In this document: piece by piece, positions 50,613 to 60,836 of the stretch
How positions within the stretch are numbered: the first letter of the stretch is position 1
How the letters are laid out: every line of letters starts with the position of its first letter
Source of the DNA: Trueperaceae bacterium
GTDB lineage: Bacteria > Deinococcota > Deinococci > Deinococcales > Trueperaceae
Length of the DNA stretch: 64,000 nucleotides
Assembly (NCBI GenBank): GCA_965213925.1
Contig: OZ243927.1
Coordinates: 2,016,001-2,080,000, forward strand
Reading direction: 5' to 3'
Position numbers and translations under genes: made by a program
The notes under the pieces: model-generated
What the model saw: only the letters and a program-made list of their open reading frames with translations
The model's database searches: none
What the model was told of the DNA's origin: nothing

Positions 50613-52501
50613 TGGCTCGCGAAGAGGTCAGGGCGGGGCGTGTACCCGAGACAGAGAGGTTGGACCCGAAGCGTTCAACCTCTTTACCGCGTCTTGCAAG
50701 GGTTCCCTGGCGGCTCGGCTTGCTCGCGGCGTTCCTCGTCTTTTTAGCGGTTGCGCCCTGGATTCTTTCACCCTTTTACGTCACGCTCCTCAACTTCATC
50801 GGCATGTACAGCATGGTGGTGATGGGGCTCGTCTTACTCACTGGGTATGCGGGGCTCGCGTCTTTGGGGCAAGCGGCGTTCATGGGCGTCGGGGCGTACG
50901 CGGCGGCAATTCTCTCGAGTCGCTTCGGCTTAAACCCCTGGCTCGGCATCCTGAGCGGCGTCGTCTTATCCTCACTCGTCGCGTGGCTTATCGGGCTCAT
51001 CACCTTGCGGCTCAAAGGGCACTTCTTGGCGCTCGCCACGCTCGCTTGGGGCATTGTCATCACCGGGATTTTGCGCAACTGGATTGAGGTCACAGGTGGC
51101 AACACGGGCTACGGCATCGGCGCGGCGCAGCGGATTCCGGCTTTGAGCGTGTTCGGCTTCTCGTTCCGCGACGAGCGGTTTTACTACTACCTCGTGTGGG
51201 GCTGTGCGCTGCTCGTGCTTGTCCTGTCGCTCAATTTGATGCGCTCACGCACCGGACGCGCCATCAAGTCGCTCCGCACGGGCGCGGTGGCGGCGGCGTC
51301 TTTTGGCGTGGACGTGGCGCAGCTCAAGATGCTCTCATTCGTGCTGGCGGCGGCGTTTGCGGCGCTTGCGGGCGGGCTCTTCGCGCACCTCTTCCGCTTC
51401 GTCAGCCCGAACCCGTTTGACCTCAATCAGTCGATCGACTTTTTGATCATGGCTGTCGTGGGTGGGCTCAGCAGTTTGTGGGGGGCGATTTTTGGGGCGG
51501 GGCTCTTCGTCGTGTTCGAAGAGGTGTTGCAAGAGACCTTGCCACAACTCATCGGGCGAAGTGGTAATTACGAGATTATCGCGTTTGGCTTCGTGCTGAT
51601 TTTGGTGTTGCACCGGGCGCGGCGCGGGCTGTTACCTCTGCTAAACGGCTTTTTGCCGACGCCGCCACCCGAGCCTGTTCGTAAGGCGGAGCCGTTACCT
51701 TCTCGCAAGAAAACCTCGAGCCAACAGCGTCAGCAAGGGGTGCGAGAGCCGCTTTTAGAACTCTCCAACGTCTCTAAAGTCTTTGGGGGTCTGAGAGCGG
51801 TAGACACCCTCTCGTTCAGGTTAGAACAAGGCGCAATCTTGGGGCTCATCGGTCCGAACGGGGCGGGCAAGACGACAGTGTTCAACCTCATCACAGGCGT
51901 ATTGCAACCTTCTGAGGGCGAGATTCGCTTTGGTGCTCAGAAGATAAGCCATTTGCCGCCCCACAAAATCGCCCGGCGGGGGCTCGCTCGCACCTTTCAG
52001 CATCTCAACCTCATCAGCAACATGAGTCTTTTAGAAAATGTTGCGCTGGGCGGCTACACGCGCACCTCTTCGAACTTTGTGCAGGGAATGTTAGGGCTCG
52101 AGCGCCGTGAAAATGCCCGAACGAGAGCAGAGGCGCTGCGGCAGTTGGAGCGCGTCGGTCTAGCAGAGAACGCCTTCGACACCGCCGGCAGTTTACCTCT
52201 TGGCAAACAGCGGCTTTTAGAGGTTGCGCGGGCGCTCATGGCGGACCCCGAACTCCTACTTTTGGATGAACCCGCCGCCGGGCTCCGCAAACACGAAAAA
52301 ACGGAGCTGATGACGCTCATCCGCAAGCTGCAAAACGAGGGCATCACCGTGCTCATCGTCGAGCACGATATGGATTTGGTGATGGCGTTAGCCGAGCGCA
52401 TTGTAGTGATGAACTACGGAACGAAGCTCGCCGAGGGAACGCCCGCCGAGGTGCGGCGCGACCCGCAAGTGCTGGAGGCGTATTTAGGAGCGGATGCGTG
52501 A
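50612..52501 (+). CDS. Fused LivM permease / LivG ATPase
   Basis: GYAG.ASLGQAAF; GPNGAGKTT, LLLDEPAAG, IVEHDM. Confidence 0.93.
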   Translation: MAREEVRAGRVPETERLDPKRSTSLPRLARVPWRLGLLAAFLVFLAVAPWILSPFYVTLLNFIGMYSMVVMGLVLLTGYAGLASLGQAAFMGVGAYAAAILSSRFGLNPWLGILSGVVLSSLVAWLIGLITLRLKGHFLALATLAWGIVITGILRNWIEVTGGNTGYGIGAAQRIPALSVFGFSFRDERFYYYLVWGCALLVLVLSLNLMRSRTGRAIKSLRTGAVAAASFGVDVAQLKMLSFVLAAAFAALAGGLFAHLFRFVSPNPFDLNQSIDFLIMAVVGGLSSLWGAIFGAGLFVVFEEVLQETLPQLIGRSGNYEIIAFGFVLILVLHRARRGLLPLLNGFLPTPPPEPVRKAEPLPSRKKTSSQQRQQGVREPLLELSNVSKVFGGLRAVDTLSFRLEQGAILGLIGPNGAGKTTVFNLITGVLQPSEGEIRFGAQKISHLPPHKIARRGLARTFQHLNLISNMSLLENVALGGYTRTSSNFVQGMLGLERRENARTRAEALRQLERVGLAENAFDTAGSLPLGKQRLLEVARALMADPELLLLDEPAAGLRKHEKTELMTLIRKLQNEGITVLIVEHDMDLVMALAERIVVMNYGTKLAEGTPAEVRRDPQVLEAYLGADA

Positions 52502-53244
52502 GCCGTCAGCGGGAACCTCGAGCCGACGCTGTTTTAGAGGTTGATGACCTGAGCGTTCGTTACGGCGGCGTACAGGCGCTCTCCAACGTCTCGCTAAGTG
52601 TGAAAAAGGGCGAACTCGTGACCGTCATCGGCGCGAACGGGGCGGGGAAGACGAGCCTTTTGAACGCGGTGATGGGCATTGTTCCTAAGCACGAGGGTCA
52701 CGTCACCTACGCGGGTGAAGACATCAGCCGCGCTGTACCCGAAGGCTTGGTGGAAAAAGGCATTACCCTCGTTCCCGAGCGGCGCGAACTCTTCGCGGCG
52801 CTATCCGTCGAGGATAATTTGCGTTTGGGTGCGTTCCACCGTTTTCGCAAGCGCGATAAAGATATTAAAGGAGATTTGGCGCAGGTCTACGACACCTTCC
52901 CGCGCCTTGCGGAGCGCAAAAAACAGCTCGCCGGGACGATGTCGGGCGGCGAACAGCAGATGCTCGCGGTCGGGCGAGCGGTGATGAGTCGGCCGCAGCT
53001 TCTCCTCCTGGACGAGCCGAGCTTGGGGCTCGCGCCCCTCATCGTCAAAGAGATTTTCCGGGTCGTTGAAGAACTAAAAGCTGGGGGCGTTACCGTTTTA
53101 CTCATCGAACAAAACGCGAAAGCGGCGCTGAGGTTAGCGGATTATGGGTACTTGCTCGAGACCGGCGAGGTCGTCCTCGGCGCGCCCGCCGCTGAACTCG
53201 CGAACCACGAGCGGGTGGCGGAGGCGTACCTCGGTCTGTCGTGA
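52498..53244 (+). CDS. Liv-type ABC ATPase (LivF-like)
   Basis: GANGAGKT, MSGGEQQM, LDEPSLGLAP. Confidence 0.94.
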   Translation: MSRQREPRADAVLEVDDLSVRYGGVQALSNVSLSVKKGELVTVIGANGAGKTSLLNAVMGIVPKHEGHVTYAGEDISRAVPEGLVEKGITLVPERRELFAALSVEDNLRLGAFHRFRKRDKDIKGDLAQVYDTFPRLAERKKQLAGTMSGGEQQMLAVGRAVMSRPQLLLLDEPSLGLAPLIVKEIFRVVEELKAGGVTVLLIEQNAKAALRLADYGYLLETGEVVLGAPAAELANHERVAEAYLGLS

Positions 53245-53309
53245 GCACAAGTCTAGCGCTGCCTAGCTCATATTTGCGTCCCTCGGCGCGTTCCGTTTAT
53301 CATCTAAAG

Positions 53310-53465
53310 ATGTCTGTAGAGCTTATTTTATGGTTTGTAGGCTGCTTGGTGTTTCTACTGCTCCTCTTTGTGGCGCGTCCTTACATCTTGCAAAATCACG
53401 ATGACGACGAGCTAGAAACGCGCGACGAACCCTACGAGCGCGACTCAGCCGATACGCCATCCTAG
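53310..53465 (+). CDS. Small single-TM protein
   Basis: 51 aa, one TM plus acidic tail; ATG 6 nt after TATCAT. Confidence 0.5.
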   Translation: MSVELILWFVGCLVFLLLLFVARPYILQNHDDDELETRDEPYERDSADTPS

Positions 53466-53939
53466 CGCCCTGAAGTCGGCTCCTTCGCGGATAGACTGGG
53501 GCAAATCCGCCAGCGTCATCGCCGTTTGCGCGGCGACCGTCCCGCCTGGCAGGGTCAACTCGCCGACCGCTTTGCCGAGGCGTCCGCGCAGCCTTAAGGC
53601 GCGTCCGGTAAGGCGCAGCGGGGTGTCCGTCGGAACGGGATGGCGGAACTTGACCTCGAGCTTGACCGAGACCATGAAGCGGTGGTGGTCGCCGATCATC
53701 GCGACGCGCCCCACGCACTCGTCGAGCATCGCCGTGACGATGCCGCCGTGGACTAAACCGGGGTAGCTCCCGTAAAACTCAGGCACGGAGGTTTCCGCGT
53801 AGACCTCGTCTATGCCGTTGTCGAAAAAGGTCATCCGGAGACCTACCGGGTTGTGCCGCCCGCAGATAAAACAGGTGTCGGAGTTGGGTTGTTGGAAGGG
53901 GTGTTCACGTTGCGATTCTGCGTGGAGGCGTCCAGACAT
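53445..53939 (-). CDS. PaaI-like hotdog thioesterase
   Basis: CFICG..NPVGL, YPGLVHGGIV..MLDE. Confidence 0.88.
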   Translation of the reverse strand: MSGRLHAESQREHPFQQPNSDTCFICGRHNPVGLRMTFFDNGIDEVYAETSVPEFYGSYPGLVHGGIVTAMLDECVGRVAMIGDHHRFMVSVKLEVKFRHPVPTDTPLRLTGRALRLRGRLGKAVGELTLPGGTVAAQTAMTLADLPQSIREGADFRALGWRIG

Positions 53940-54057
53940 AGCCTCTAACCTAACCTAAAATGAGGCGCGGCGAGAAGGGTTAGCCGACTTCGTAGCGATA
54001 ACTGTAAAGAAGCGCGCAGAGGGTGAAGAAGTTTCTCGCTGAAATACTGACGTACGT

Positions 54058-55620
54058 TTACTCCCACTCGATGGTCCCCGGCGGCTTGCTCGTAATATCG
54101 AACACCACGCGGTTCACCTCCGGAACGCTGTTCACGATGCGGTTGGAGACGGTCGCTAAGAAGTCGTGCGGCAGGCGTGTCCAGTCGGCGGTCATGCCGT
54201 CAGAACTTGAGACCGCTCTAAGCGCCACTGTGTTCGCGTAGGTGCGTCCGTCGCCCATCACTCCAACCGAGCGAATCGGCGTCAAGACCGCCAAAGCTTG
54301 CCACGTTTCGTCGTAAAGCCCGAATTCGTGTAAGCCGCTGATAAAGATGTCGTCCACGCGCCGCAAGACCTCTAAGCGCTCCTTTGTGACCTCGCCGATG
54401 CAGCGAATCGCCAAGCCGGGACCGGGAAAGGGGTGGCGTCCCGAGAGGTGCGGCGGCAGCCCGAGGACGCCCGCGAGTTCGCGCACCTCATCTTTGAAGA
54501 GCGTGCGGAAAGGTTCCAAGAGCTTGAAGTTCAGCTCTTTGGGCAAGCCGCCGACGTTGTGGTGGCTTTTGATGTTCGCCGCGCCGCCTGCGCTTCCTTG
54601 TTTATTGTGTCCCCCTGCTGACTCGATCACATCGGGGTAGAGCGTCCCCTGCGCCAAAAAGGTCAGCTCGCCCTGCGCCGCCTGCTTCTTCGCTTCGGCG
54701 CTAAAGACTTCGATGAATTCACGTCCGATGATCTTGCGCTTCTGTTCAGGGTCGGTGACGCCTCCGAGTGCGTCTAAAAACCGCTCCGACGCCTCTACGA
54801 CCGTTAGGTTGACGCCCAAACTGCGTAGCGCCGTCTCTACCTCTTCCGCTTCGCCCACGCGCAAAAGCCCGTGGTCGACGAAAACAGCCGCAAGCTGGTC
54901 GCCGATGGCTCGGTTTAAGAGGAGACCTAAGGTGCTCGAGTCGACCCCGCCCGAAATCCCCAAAAGCACGCGCTCGCTTCCGACTTCCTCGCGCACGGCT
55001 TGGATCATAGTTTCTAAGATGCTTTCCGGTGTCCAGTCTCTAGGGACGCCCGTTTTGCGCACGAAATTTTCCAACAAAAGGTCGCCTTTCGGCGTATGGC
55101 GCACCTCCGGGTGAAACTGGATGCCGTAAAGACGCCGCGACGGGTTTTCCATCGCCGCGACGGGCGTGTCGCTCGTGCTCGCGACCCCCTCGAAACCCGG
55201 CGGCAGTTCGCTCACCGAGTCGCCGTGGCTCATCCAGGCGACGAAGTCGCCCTCGATACCCTTAAAGAGGTCGCCGCGATAACGCTCTAACGTCGCCTTG
55301 CCGTACTCGCGCACCGAACTCGGCGTAACCGCGCCGCCGGTCTCTTTCGCGACGAGCTGCATCCCGTAGCAGATGGCAAGTATAGGCAAGTCCGCCTCTA
55401 AAAGCCCGGCGGGAAGCCCCGGCGCGCCGGAGTCGTAAACGCTATTCGGACCGCCCGAGAGGATGACGCCTTTGGGGTTGTGCGTCTGAATCGTCTCTAA
55501 GAAGGTTCGCGCGCTTAAAATGACCGAATAGACGTTCAGTTCGCGCAGCCGCCGCGCGATGAGCCGCGTGTACTGCGAGCCGTAGTCGAGGACGATGATG
55601 CTGGAGGGGGTGCTTGCCAT
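54058..55620 (-). CDS. guaA: GMP synthase (glutamine-hydrolysing)
   Basis: [43 protein letters not shown]. Confidence 0.98.
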   Translation of the reverse strand: MASTPSSIIVLDYGSQYTRLIARRLRELNVYSVILSARTFLETIQTHNPKGVILSGGPNSVYDSGAPGLPAGLLEADLPILAICYGMQLVAKETGGAVTPSSVREYGKATLERYRGDLFKGIEGDFVAWMSHGDSVSELPPGFEGVASTSDTPVAAMENPSRRLYGIQFHPEVRHTPKGDLLLENFVRKTGVPRDWTPESILETMIQAVREEVGSERVLLGISGGVDSSTLGLLLNRAIGDQLAAVFVDHGLLRVGEAEEVETALRSLGVNLTVVEASERFLDALGGVTDPEQKRKIIGREFIEVFSAEAKKQAAQGELTFLAQGTLYPDVIESAGGHNKQGSAGGAANIKSHHNVGGLPKELNFKLLEPFRTLFKDEVRELAGVLGLPPHLSGRHPFPGPGLAIRCIGEVTKERLEVLRRVDDIFISGLHEFGLYDETWQALAVLTPIRSVGVMGDGRTYANTVALRAVSSSDGMTADWTRLPHDFLATVSNRIVNSVPEVNRVVFDITSKPPGTIEWE

Positions 55621-55678
55621 GCGGCTTACTATAACGTCTCGGGTGGTGAGGCGTCAGAGTGAAGTCGAGCACGTTTGG

Positions 55679-57058
55679 TTACTCAGCGCTCTTCGCGGTA
55701 GGCACGTCCAACCAAGGAACGCTAAAAGTTACGGTGCGCTCTTCGGGCACGCGCACCTCTTGAACGTCGGAAAGCCGCCCGTCCACCTGCGCCTGGAGCC
55801 GCCACAGCCCCGTCCGGTCGAGCACGGCGGAGCCCGGCACGACGCTCACGGGGCGCGCCAAGGGCAAAGAAGACCCTGCCGGGCTCTCGACGACGAACAG
55901 TTCAGCTTGCACGTTCGCCGGGATGACCTCGACGCGGATGAGGTAGCTGCCACTTTGAGTTTGACCTGTGCCGGTGACGATGCTTGCGAACGTCGTCAGC
56001 GCCGCGCCTGCGCCCGCCGTTACCCTTTCGCCCAGCCCCGCCCCCGCCGCGCGGCCCAGCGCCTCGCTCACGGACGCGCTGAGCGTATCTCGGTTAAAGA
56101 GCGCGAGCGCGCCGAGGACCAAAAGACCGATGAGTAGGGCGATGAGTAGGACCGTGCGGCGTCCCCTAGCGCCCCTGCGCGGCGGTCGTTCGTCGATCTC
56201 GCCGCCGAATCCGAAGAGGTCGTCATCACCTGCGACGTCAGAAGTTTGGTGTGCAGCTTGATTTGTCCCTGCCGCGTCGCCTTGCGGCGCACCCCGTTCG
56301 CGCTTCGTCCCGCTCGAGGCGGACGTATAGGCGGATACGAAGGGGTTACGCGCAAACGTCTTCTCTTTCGGCTCGGCGAAGTCCAAGTTGTCGAAAGGGG
56401 ACGCCTCCGCCGCTTCCGCCGCAGGCTCACCGGGCTGGACGATCTGCTTATAGATCGTTTCGGCGTTCGGTCTATACTTAGGGTCAGCGTTCAGGCACGC
56501 GGTGATCATCTCGCTCAGTTCACCGGGAAGATGCCGCCCCGCTAAAAACTGCACGGTGCGCGCCCACGAGAAGACGTCGGCTGGAGCCGACGCGCCGCCG
56601 ATGCGTTCGGGCGCACTGAATTCCGAGCCAGCGTCCCAGGTGGTCCAAGGGACGCCGTACCCTTCCACCATCACGTGATCGTTCGCCTTCAAAAAACGCT
56701 TGGGGCGCAAATCGCCGTGGACGACACTCGTTCTAGCTGCGTCATAAAGCGCCGTCGCGCTGTCACGCAGCAGCCCCGCGACCTCATGCGCTCCGACGCT
56801 TTCGCTTAGGGGCTCATACCCCTTCGCGTACGCGACGACGAGTTGCCCGCGCCCGCTCTCTACCGTCGAGGTCAGAATGGTCGGGATCGCCTCAGACTTT
56901 AGCTCGCCGACTTTCGCCGTGGGTCTGCCCGCGAACCTGTAAATTAGTACGGGCAGCCCCGTCAGCGGGTCTAAACCGTGAAAGGTCTTGACCGCCTCGT
57001 GGTCGGCGAAGAGCCGCTGCGGTTGATAGCGCGCGACCTGGGTCATAGACACGTCCAT
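55679..57058 (-). CDS. Membrane protein with degenerate Ser/Thr kinase-like domain
   Basis: VHGDLRP, FSAPE, ADVFSW, DPKYRP kinase landmarks; one TM; beta-rich extracellular end. Confidence 0.75.
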   Translation of the reverse strand: MDVSMTQVARYQPQRLFADHEAVKTFHGLDPLTGLPVLIYRFAGRPTAKVGELKSEAIPTILTSTVESGRGQLVVAYAKGYEPLSESVGAHEVAGLLRDSATALYDAARTSVVHGDLRPKRFLKANDHVMVEGYGVPWTTWDAGSEFSAPERIGGASAPADVFSWARTVQFLAGRHLPGELSEMITACLNADPKYRPNAETIYKQIVQPGEPAAEAAEASPFDNLDFAEPKEKTFARNPFVSAYTSASSGTKRERGAPQGDAAGTNQAAHQTSDVAGDDDLFGFGGEIDERPPRRGARGRRTVLLIALLIGLLVLGALALFNRDTLSASVSEALGRAAGAGLGERVTAGAGAALTTFASIVTGTGQTQSGSYLIRVEVIPANVQAELFVVESPAGSSLPLARPVSVVPGSAVLDRTGLWRLQAQVDGRLSDVQEVRVPEERTVTFSVPWLDVPTAKSAE

Positions 57059-57300
57059 GATGTGTAAAATTGATGCACGCTTAAAGTATACCCGGAAAAG
57101 GGTGAAGATTTTTATAGACGCGCCGTTTTGAGGTTCTGTGGACGAGTTTGGACGGTTGAGGGGGTGAGAATTGAGAAGGGAAAATTAAAAGGCGCAGTCT
57201 CTTGTTCTTCTCTCTACCTCAGCTTCTGTGTTCAGCTTTTGTCCCGTACTTGGGTTTTCGGCGCAAAGCGTGGGACGCCGGGACAACGCGAGTGCAGGCG

Positions 57301-58143
57301 CTACATCCACCTTTTGCGCCGCTTATACGATTTAATGTTCTTAAACGACTTGCGAGTTTCTCCTTCACCCATCCCCATGTAGAACTCTTTCACGTCGGGG
57401 TTGTTTTTAAGCTGCGCCGCGCTGCCCTCTAACACGATGCGCCCTCCCTCCATGACGTAACCATAGTCAGCGATGCCTAGAGCGACGTTCGCGTTCTGCT
57501 CCACGACTAAAATCGTCGTGCCCGCTTCATTGACCTTTTTGATGCGTTCGAAAATGTCTTTGACCAAGAGCGGCGCAAGTCCTAAACTCGGCTCGTCTAA
57601 AAGGAGCAGCTTGGGCGCAGCCATCAGCGCTCGCCCGATCGCGATCATCTGCTGCTCGCCGCCGCTCGTATAGCCCGCTTGCCGGGCGCGCAAGTCATAA
57701 AGGCGCGGGAAAATCTCGTAGATGTGCGCTAGCTCCTCTTTGATCTTCACATCGCGCCGCGTAATCGAGCCGACCCGCAAGTTCTCCTCCACCGAGAGGT
57801 GCTTAAAGACGCGTCGCCCCTCGGGAACCTGCACGACGCCCTTCTTAACGATGCGTTGTCCCGTGAGGTGATGCGTTTCGTCGCCTTCAAACGTGATGTA
57901 GCCCTCGCGCACCTCGCCGTTTTCAGGCTTTAAGAGACCGGAAATCGCGCGGAGCGTGGTGGTTTTGCCTGCGCCGTTCGTGCCTAAAAGCGCGACGACC
58001 TTACCTCTCGGTACCGCAATAGAGACGCCGCGCAGGACCTGGACGATGTCGTGATAGACGACCTCGATGTTGTTCACAAAGAGCTGAATTTCGCCTAAGT
58101 CTTGGGGGCGCGTAGGGGCGCGGCTCTCTACAGCTTCGGTCAT
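57301..58143 (-). CDS. Liv-type ABC ATPase (LivF-like)
   Basis: GTNGAGKTT, SGGEQQM, C-terminal YKRRKRW. Confidence 0.93.
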   Translation of the reverse strand: MTEAVESRAPTRPQDLGEIQLFVNNIEVVYHDIVQVLRGVSIAVPRGKVVALLGTNGAGKTTTLRAISGLLKPENGEVREGYITFEGDETHHLTGQRIVKKGVVQVPEGRRVFKHLSVEENLRVGSITRRDVKIKEELAHIYEIFPRLYDLRARQAGYTSGGEQQMIAIGRALMAAPKLLLLDEPSLGLAPLLVKDIFERIKKVNEAGTTILVVEQNANVALGIADYGYVMEGGRIVLEGSAAQLKNNPDVKEFYMGMGEGETRKSFKNIKSYKRRKRWM

Positions 58144-58219
58144 AAAAATCCAATCAAGATAGGCAGTTCGTTGAGTTAATTCAAGCGTCATATTCAAATA
58201 CATGCGAATCTGACGCGGC

Positions 58220-58247
58220 GTAGGGGTGATTCATGAATCACCCCTAC
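58220..58247. repeat. GTAG-type REP-like palindrome
   Basis: GTAGGGGTGATTCATGAATCACCCCTAC, perfect palindrome. Confidence 0.8.
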
Positions 58248-58254
58248 ATCACGT

Positions 58255-59463
58255 TTAATTCGACGAGCGAATCTCCGAGAAGGTTTCAGATTGATACGGC
58301 TCGGTCATCGGCACGAATTCGCCGTCTTCGACCTGTAAGAGACGCAGGGCGTCCACACCGACGTGGTCATCTTCGGCGAAAGAGACGGGGGAAACGCCGA
58401 AGCCAGAATCATACGCGCCTTCGGCTTCGTCGTTCATCGCCAGCAGTTCCTCGTAGATCGTCTGCGAGTCCACCTCGTCGCCGCGTTCAGCAACGCGCCG
58501 CGCCGCTTCGATATAGATGGCGGCTTGCATCAAGCCCGTCGTGTAGTTTACGTCCTGAATGGACTCCTCGCTGCGTCCGTAGCGCTCGCCGATCTCGCGC
58601 TGGAGCTGCATCCCTGGAGTGTCTTCGCTTTCTAACTGAAAGCTCGTCGCCCACAAAAATCCCTCGGCTGCCCCCCCTGCCAAGCTCGTCAAGGTGGAGC
58701 CGCCCGTGTAGTGTGCCCCTAAAAAGGTCATCGAGTCCAATAGCCCTAACGCCTGCGCCGAATTGAGCATCGCCGCGACGGGAGACTGCACCGTCTGACT
58801 GATCACGTACTCGACGCCGCCCGCGTTCCACCGTTGCAACGTCGCGGTGTAGTCCGTACCTTCGCCGTGCTCTTGCACGCCGACGATTTCAATGCCTAGG
58901 GTCTCCGCCGCCGCCTGCGCGTCCTCGACGGGCGCGCGCCCGAAGGGGCTGGGATGCGCGAGGATCGCGACTCTAGGCGGTCCGTCGCCCTCGTGGTTCT
59001 CCGCAATCCAGTCCATCAGCGCGACGACCTGTTCGCTATACGAGGTGATCGGCAAGAAGTTGTAGGCGTTGTCGGGCGGGTTGATCACGCCGATATGGAG
59101 GCTCGCCGAGATCATCGGCATCTCTTCTTCCACAGCGTTGAGTTTAAGCTGCAAAGTCGCGCCCGTCGCATACGAGATAAAGGCGTCCATGTCTTCGTCT
59201 AGGTACGACTCGAAGTTGCGGAGCGTATTGTCGTTATTGTAACCGTCGTCGTTGACTAGACATTCGACCGTCGCGTCGGGGATGAGGTTCTCTTCGTTGG
59301 CGTAGCGGCAGTAGTCCTGTACCGCCTCGAAGACGAAGCGCCCGGCGTCCGAGGTGGGCCCGGTGACTGCGCCCGACCAACCGATGACGACCTCGTTCTG
59401 GGCGTGGCTCAGCCCGAGCAGGGCGCAGAGGAGGGTGAGTAGGGCTAGTTTAGCTCGTTTCAT
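58255..59463 (-). CDS. Liv-type ABC substrate-binding protein
   Basis: Signal peptide, GAVTGPTS, SPFGRAP; AAGGAG RBS. Confidence 0.9.
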   Translation of the reverse strand: MKRAKLALLTLLCALLGLSHAQNEVVIGWSGAVTGPTSDAGRFVFEAVQDYCRYANEENLIPDATVECLVNDDGYNNDNTLRNFESYLDEDMDAFISYATGATLQLKLNAVEEEMPMISASLHIGVINPPDNAYNFLPITSYSEQVVALMDWIAENHEGDGPPRVAILAHPSPFGRAPVEDAQAAAETLGIEIVGVQEHGEGTDYTATLQRWNAGGVEYVISQTVQSPVAAMLNSAQALGLLDSMTFLGAHYTGGSTLTSLAGGAAEGFLWATSFQLESEDTPGMQLQREIGERYGRSEESIQDVNYTTGLMQAAIYIEAARRVAERGDEVDSQTIYEELLAMNDEAEGAYDSGFGVSPVSFAEDDHVGVDALRLLQVEDGEFVPMTEPYQSETFSEIRSSN

Positions 59464-59631
59464 TCTGTCTCCTTGTGGATAGAAAAGATGAATGACAGTG
59501 TGCAGCATGGTCTCTTTGAATACCTCTTTTAGTCGATAGCTCGAGCCACCTCCTCTAAAGGCTCCACAACGACTTGCAAGTCTCGACGTGCAGAGCGACC
59601 TCTTTGTTTTTAGTCCAGAAAGAGCATACCA

Positions 59632-60744
59632 TTAAAATTTGAAAGGCCACCGCTTGAAGTATTGACGAACAAGCCGCCACCAATTTGCCAGACCTCTCGG
59701 CTCGAAGATCAAAAACAGCACGATGATGAGCCCGAACACGGTAGGTCTCATCGCCGTGGTCACGTCGATGTTGCTGGGGAAAATCTGACCCAAGAGGCTC
59801 GAGAACTCCTCCACCCAAGGATCCAAAAAGAGAATGAAGGCAGGTCCGATGAGCGACCCCACCATCGTCCCTAACCCGCCCACAATCGCCATCGCTAAGA
59901 AGTCAATCGAGATACCGAGCGTAAACGACTCGACGATAGCGCTGCCGTTATAGAGCGTAAAGAGCGCGCCCGCCACACCCGCATAAAACCCGGCGATCGC
60001 AAACGCCATCACCTTTGTGCGCCCCGGCGCGATCCCCATCGCGTCCGCCGCCCGGTCGTTGTCGCGCACCGCGATGAGCGAACGCCCAAATTTACTTCGT
60101 AAAAGGTTACGCATACAAATCGCCATGAGCACCACTACGGCGAGCGCGAAGTAGTAGAAAAAAGGACCGATCGTAGACGAGCCGCTGATGCGCTCCCCGA
60201 AAAAGTCGATGCGCGGAATGCGGATGCTGCCCCCCTGATTGAGCCAGGGCGAATGTCCCACCGTCCAGGTAAAGATAATCTGGAAGGCGAGCGTCGAAAT
60301 CGCTAGGTAGAGATGCTTGAGCCGCAAACTCGGCAGCCCGACGAACGCGCCGAAGCCCGCCGCTACGAAGCCGCACATTGGTAAGAGCAGAATCACGTAC
60401 CAAAAGGGAATCGCGTCCTCAAAACCTAAAAGCGGCACCGCCAAATCTCGCGTCACCGTAATTGCCGTGTACGCCCCCACCCCCATAAACGCCGCTTGCC
60501 CGATCGAAATCTGCCCCGCGTACCCCGTCACCAAATTAAGCCCCATCACCGCCACCATGTATATAAGCGCCAAGTCGAAGAGCCGGAAGAGCGAACGTGA
60601 CATAAAAGGGAGTTGCGGCAAGATAAGGAGCGCGATGAGGAAAACGACTAAAGACGCCTCTTCGCTGTAAGTGGCAAAAATCGTCTGGTCTTCTTTGTAG
60701 CTTCTCCGGTAATTACCTGACTGGAACCAGCGATTAACGGCCAT
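59632..60744 (-). CDS. Liv-type ABC permease (LivM-like)
   Basis: GYAGQISIGQAAF, LYLAISTLA, AVRDND.AA, FEPRGL. Confidence 0.92.
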   Translation of the reverse strand: MAVNRWFQSGNYRRSYKEDQTIFATYSEEASLVVFLIALLILPQLPFMSRSLFRLFDLALIYMVAVMGLNLVTGYAGQISIGQAAFMGVGAYTAITVTRDLAVPLLGFEDAIPFWYVILLLPMCGFVAAGFGAFVGLPSLRLKHLYLAISTLAFQIIFTWTVGHSPWLNQGGSIRIPRIDFFGERISGSSTIGPFFYYFALAVVVLMAICMRNLLRSKFGRSLIAVRDNDRAADAMGIAPGRTKVMAFAIAGFYAGVAGALFTLYNGSAIVESFTLGISIDFLAMAIVGGLGTMVGSLIGPAFILFLDPWVEEFSSLLGQIFPSNIDVTTAMRPTVFGLIIVLFLIFEPRGLANWWRLVRQYFKRWPFKF

Positions 60745-60772
60745 GACGCGCTCCGCAGGGGCAGGACTGAGG

Positions 60773-60826
60773 GGAAAGGACTGAGGTGAAAGAGGAAAGT
60801 TTTTTCTCTTTTCCCTCAGTCCTTTC
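60773..60826. repeat. Hairpin element AAGGACTGAG / CTCAGTCCTT, copy B
   Basis: Homologous to 43796-43850; lies between the livH-like and livM-like genes. Confidence 0.7.
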
Positions 60827-60836
60827 AACTTGCTTT

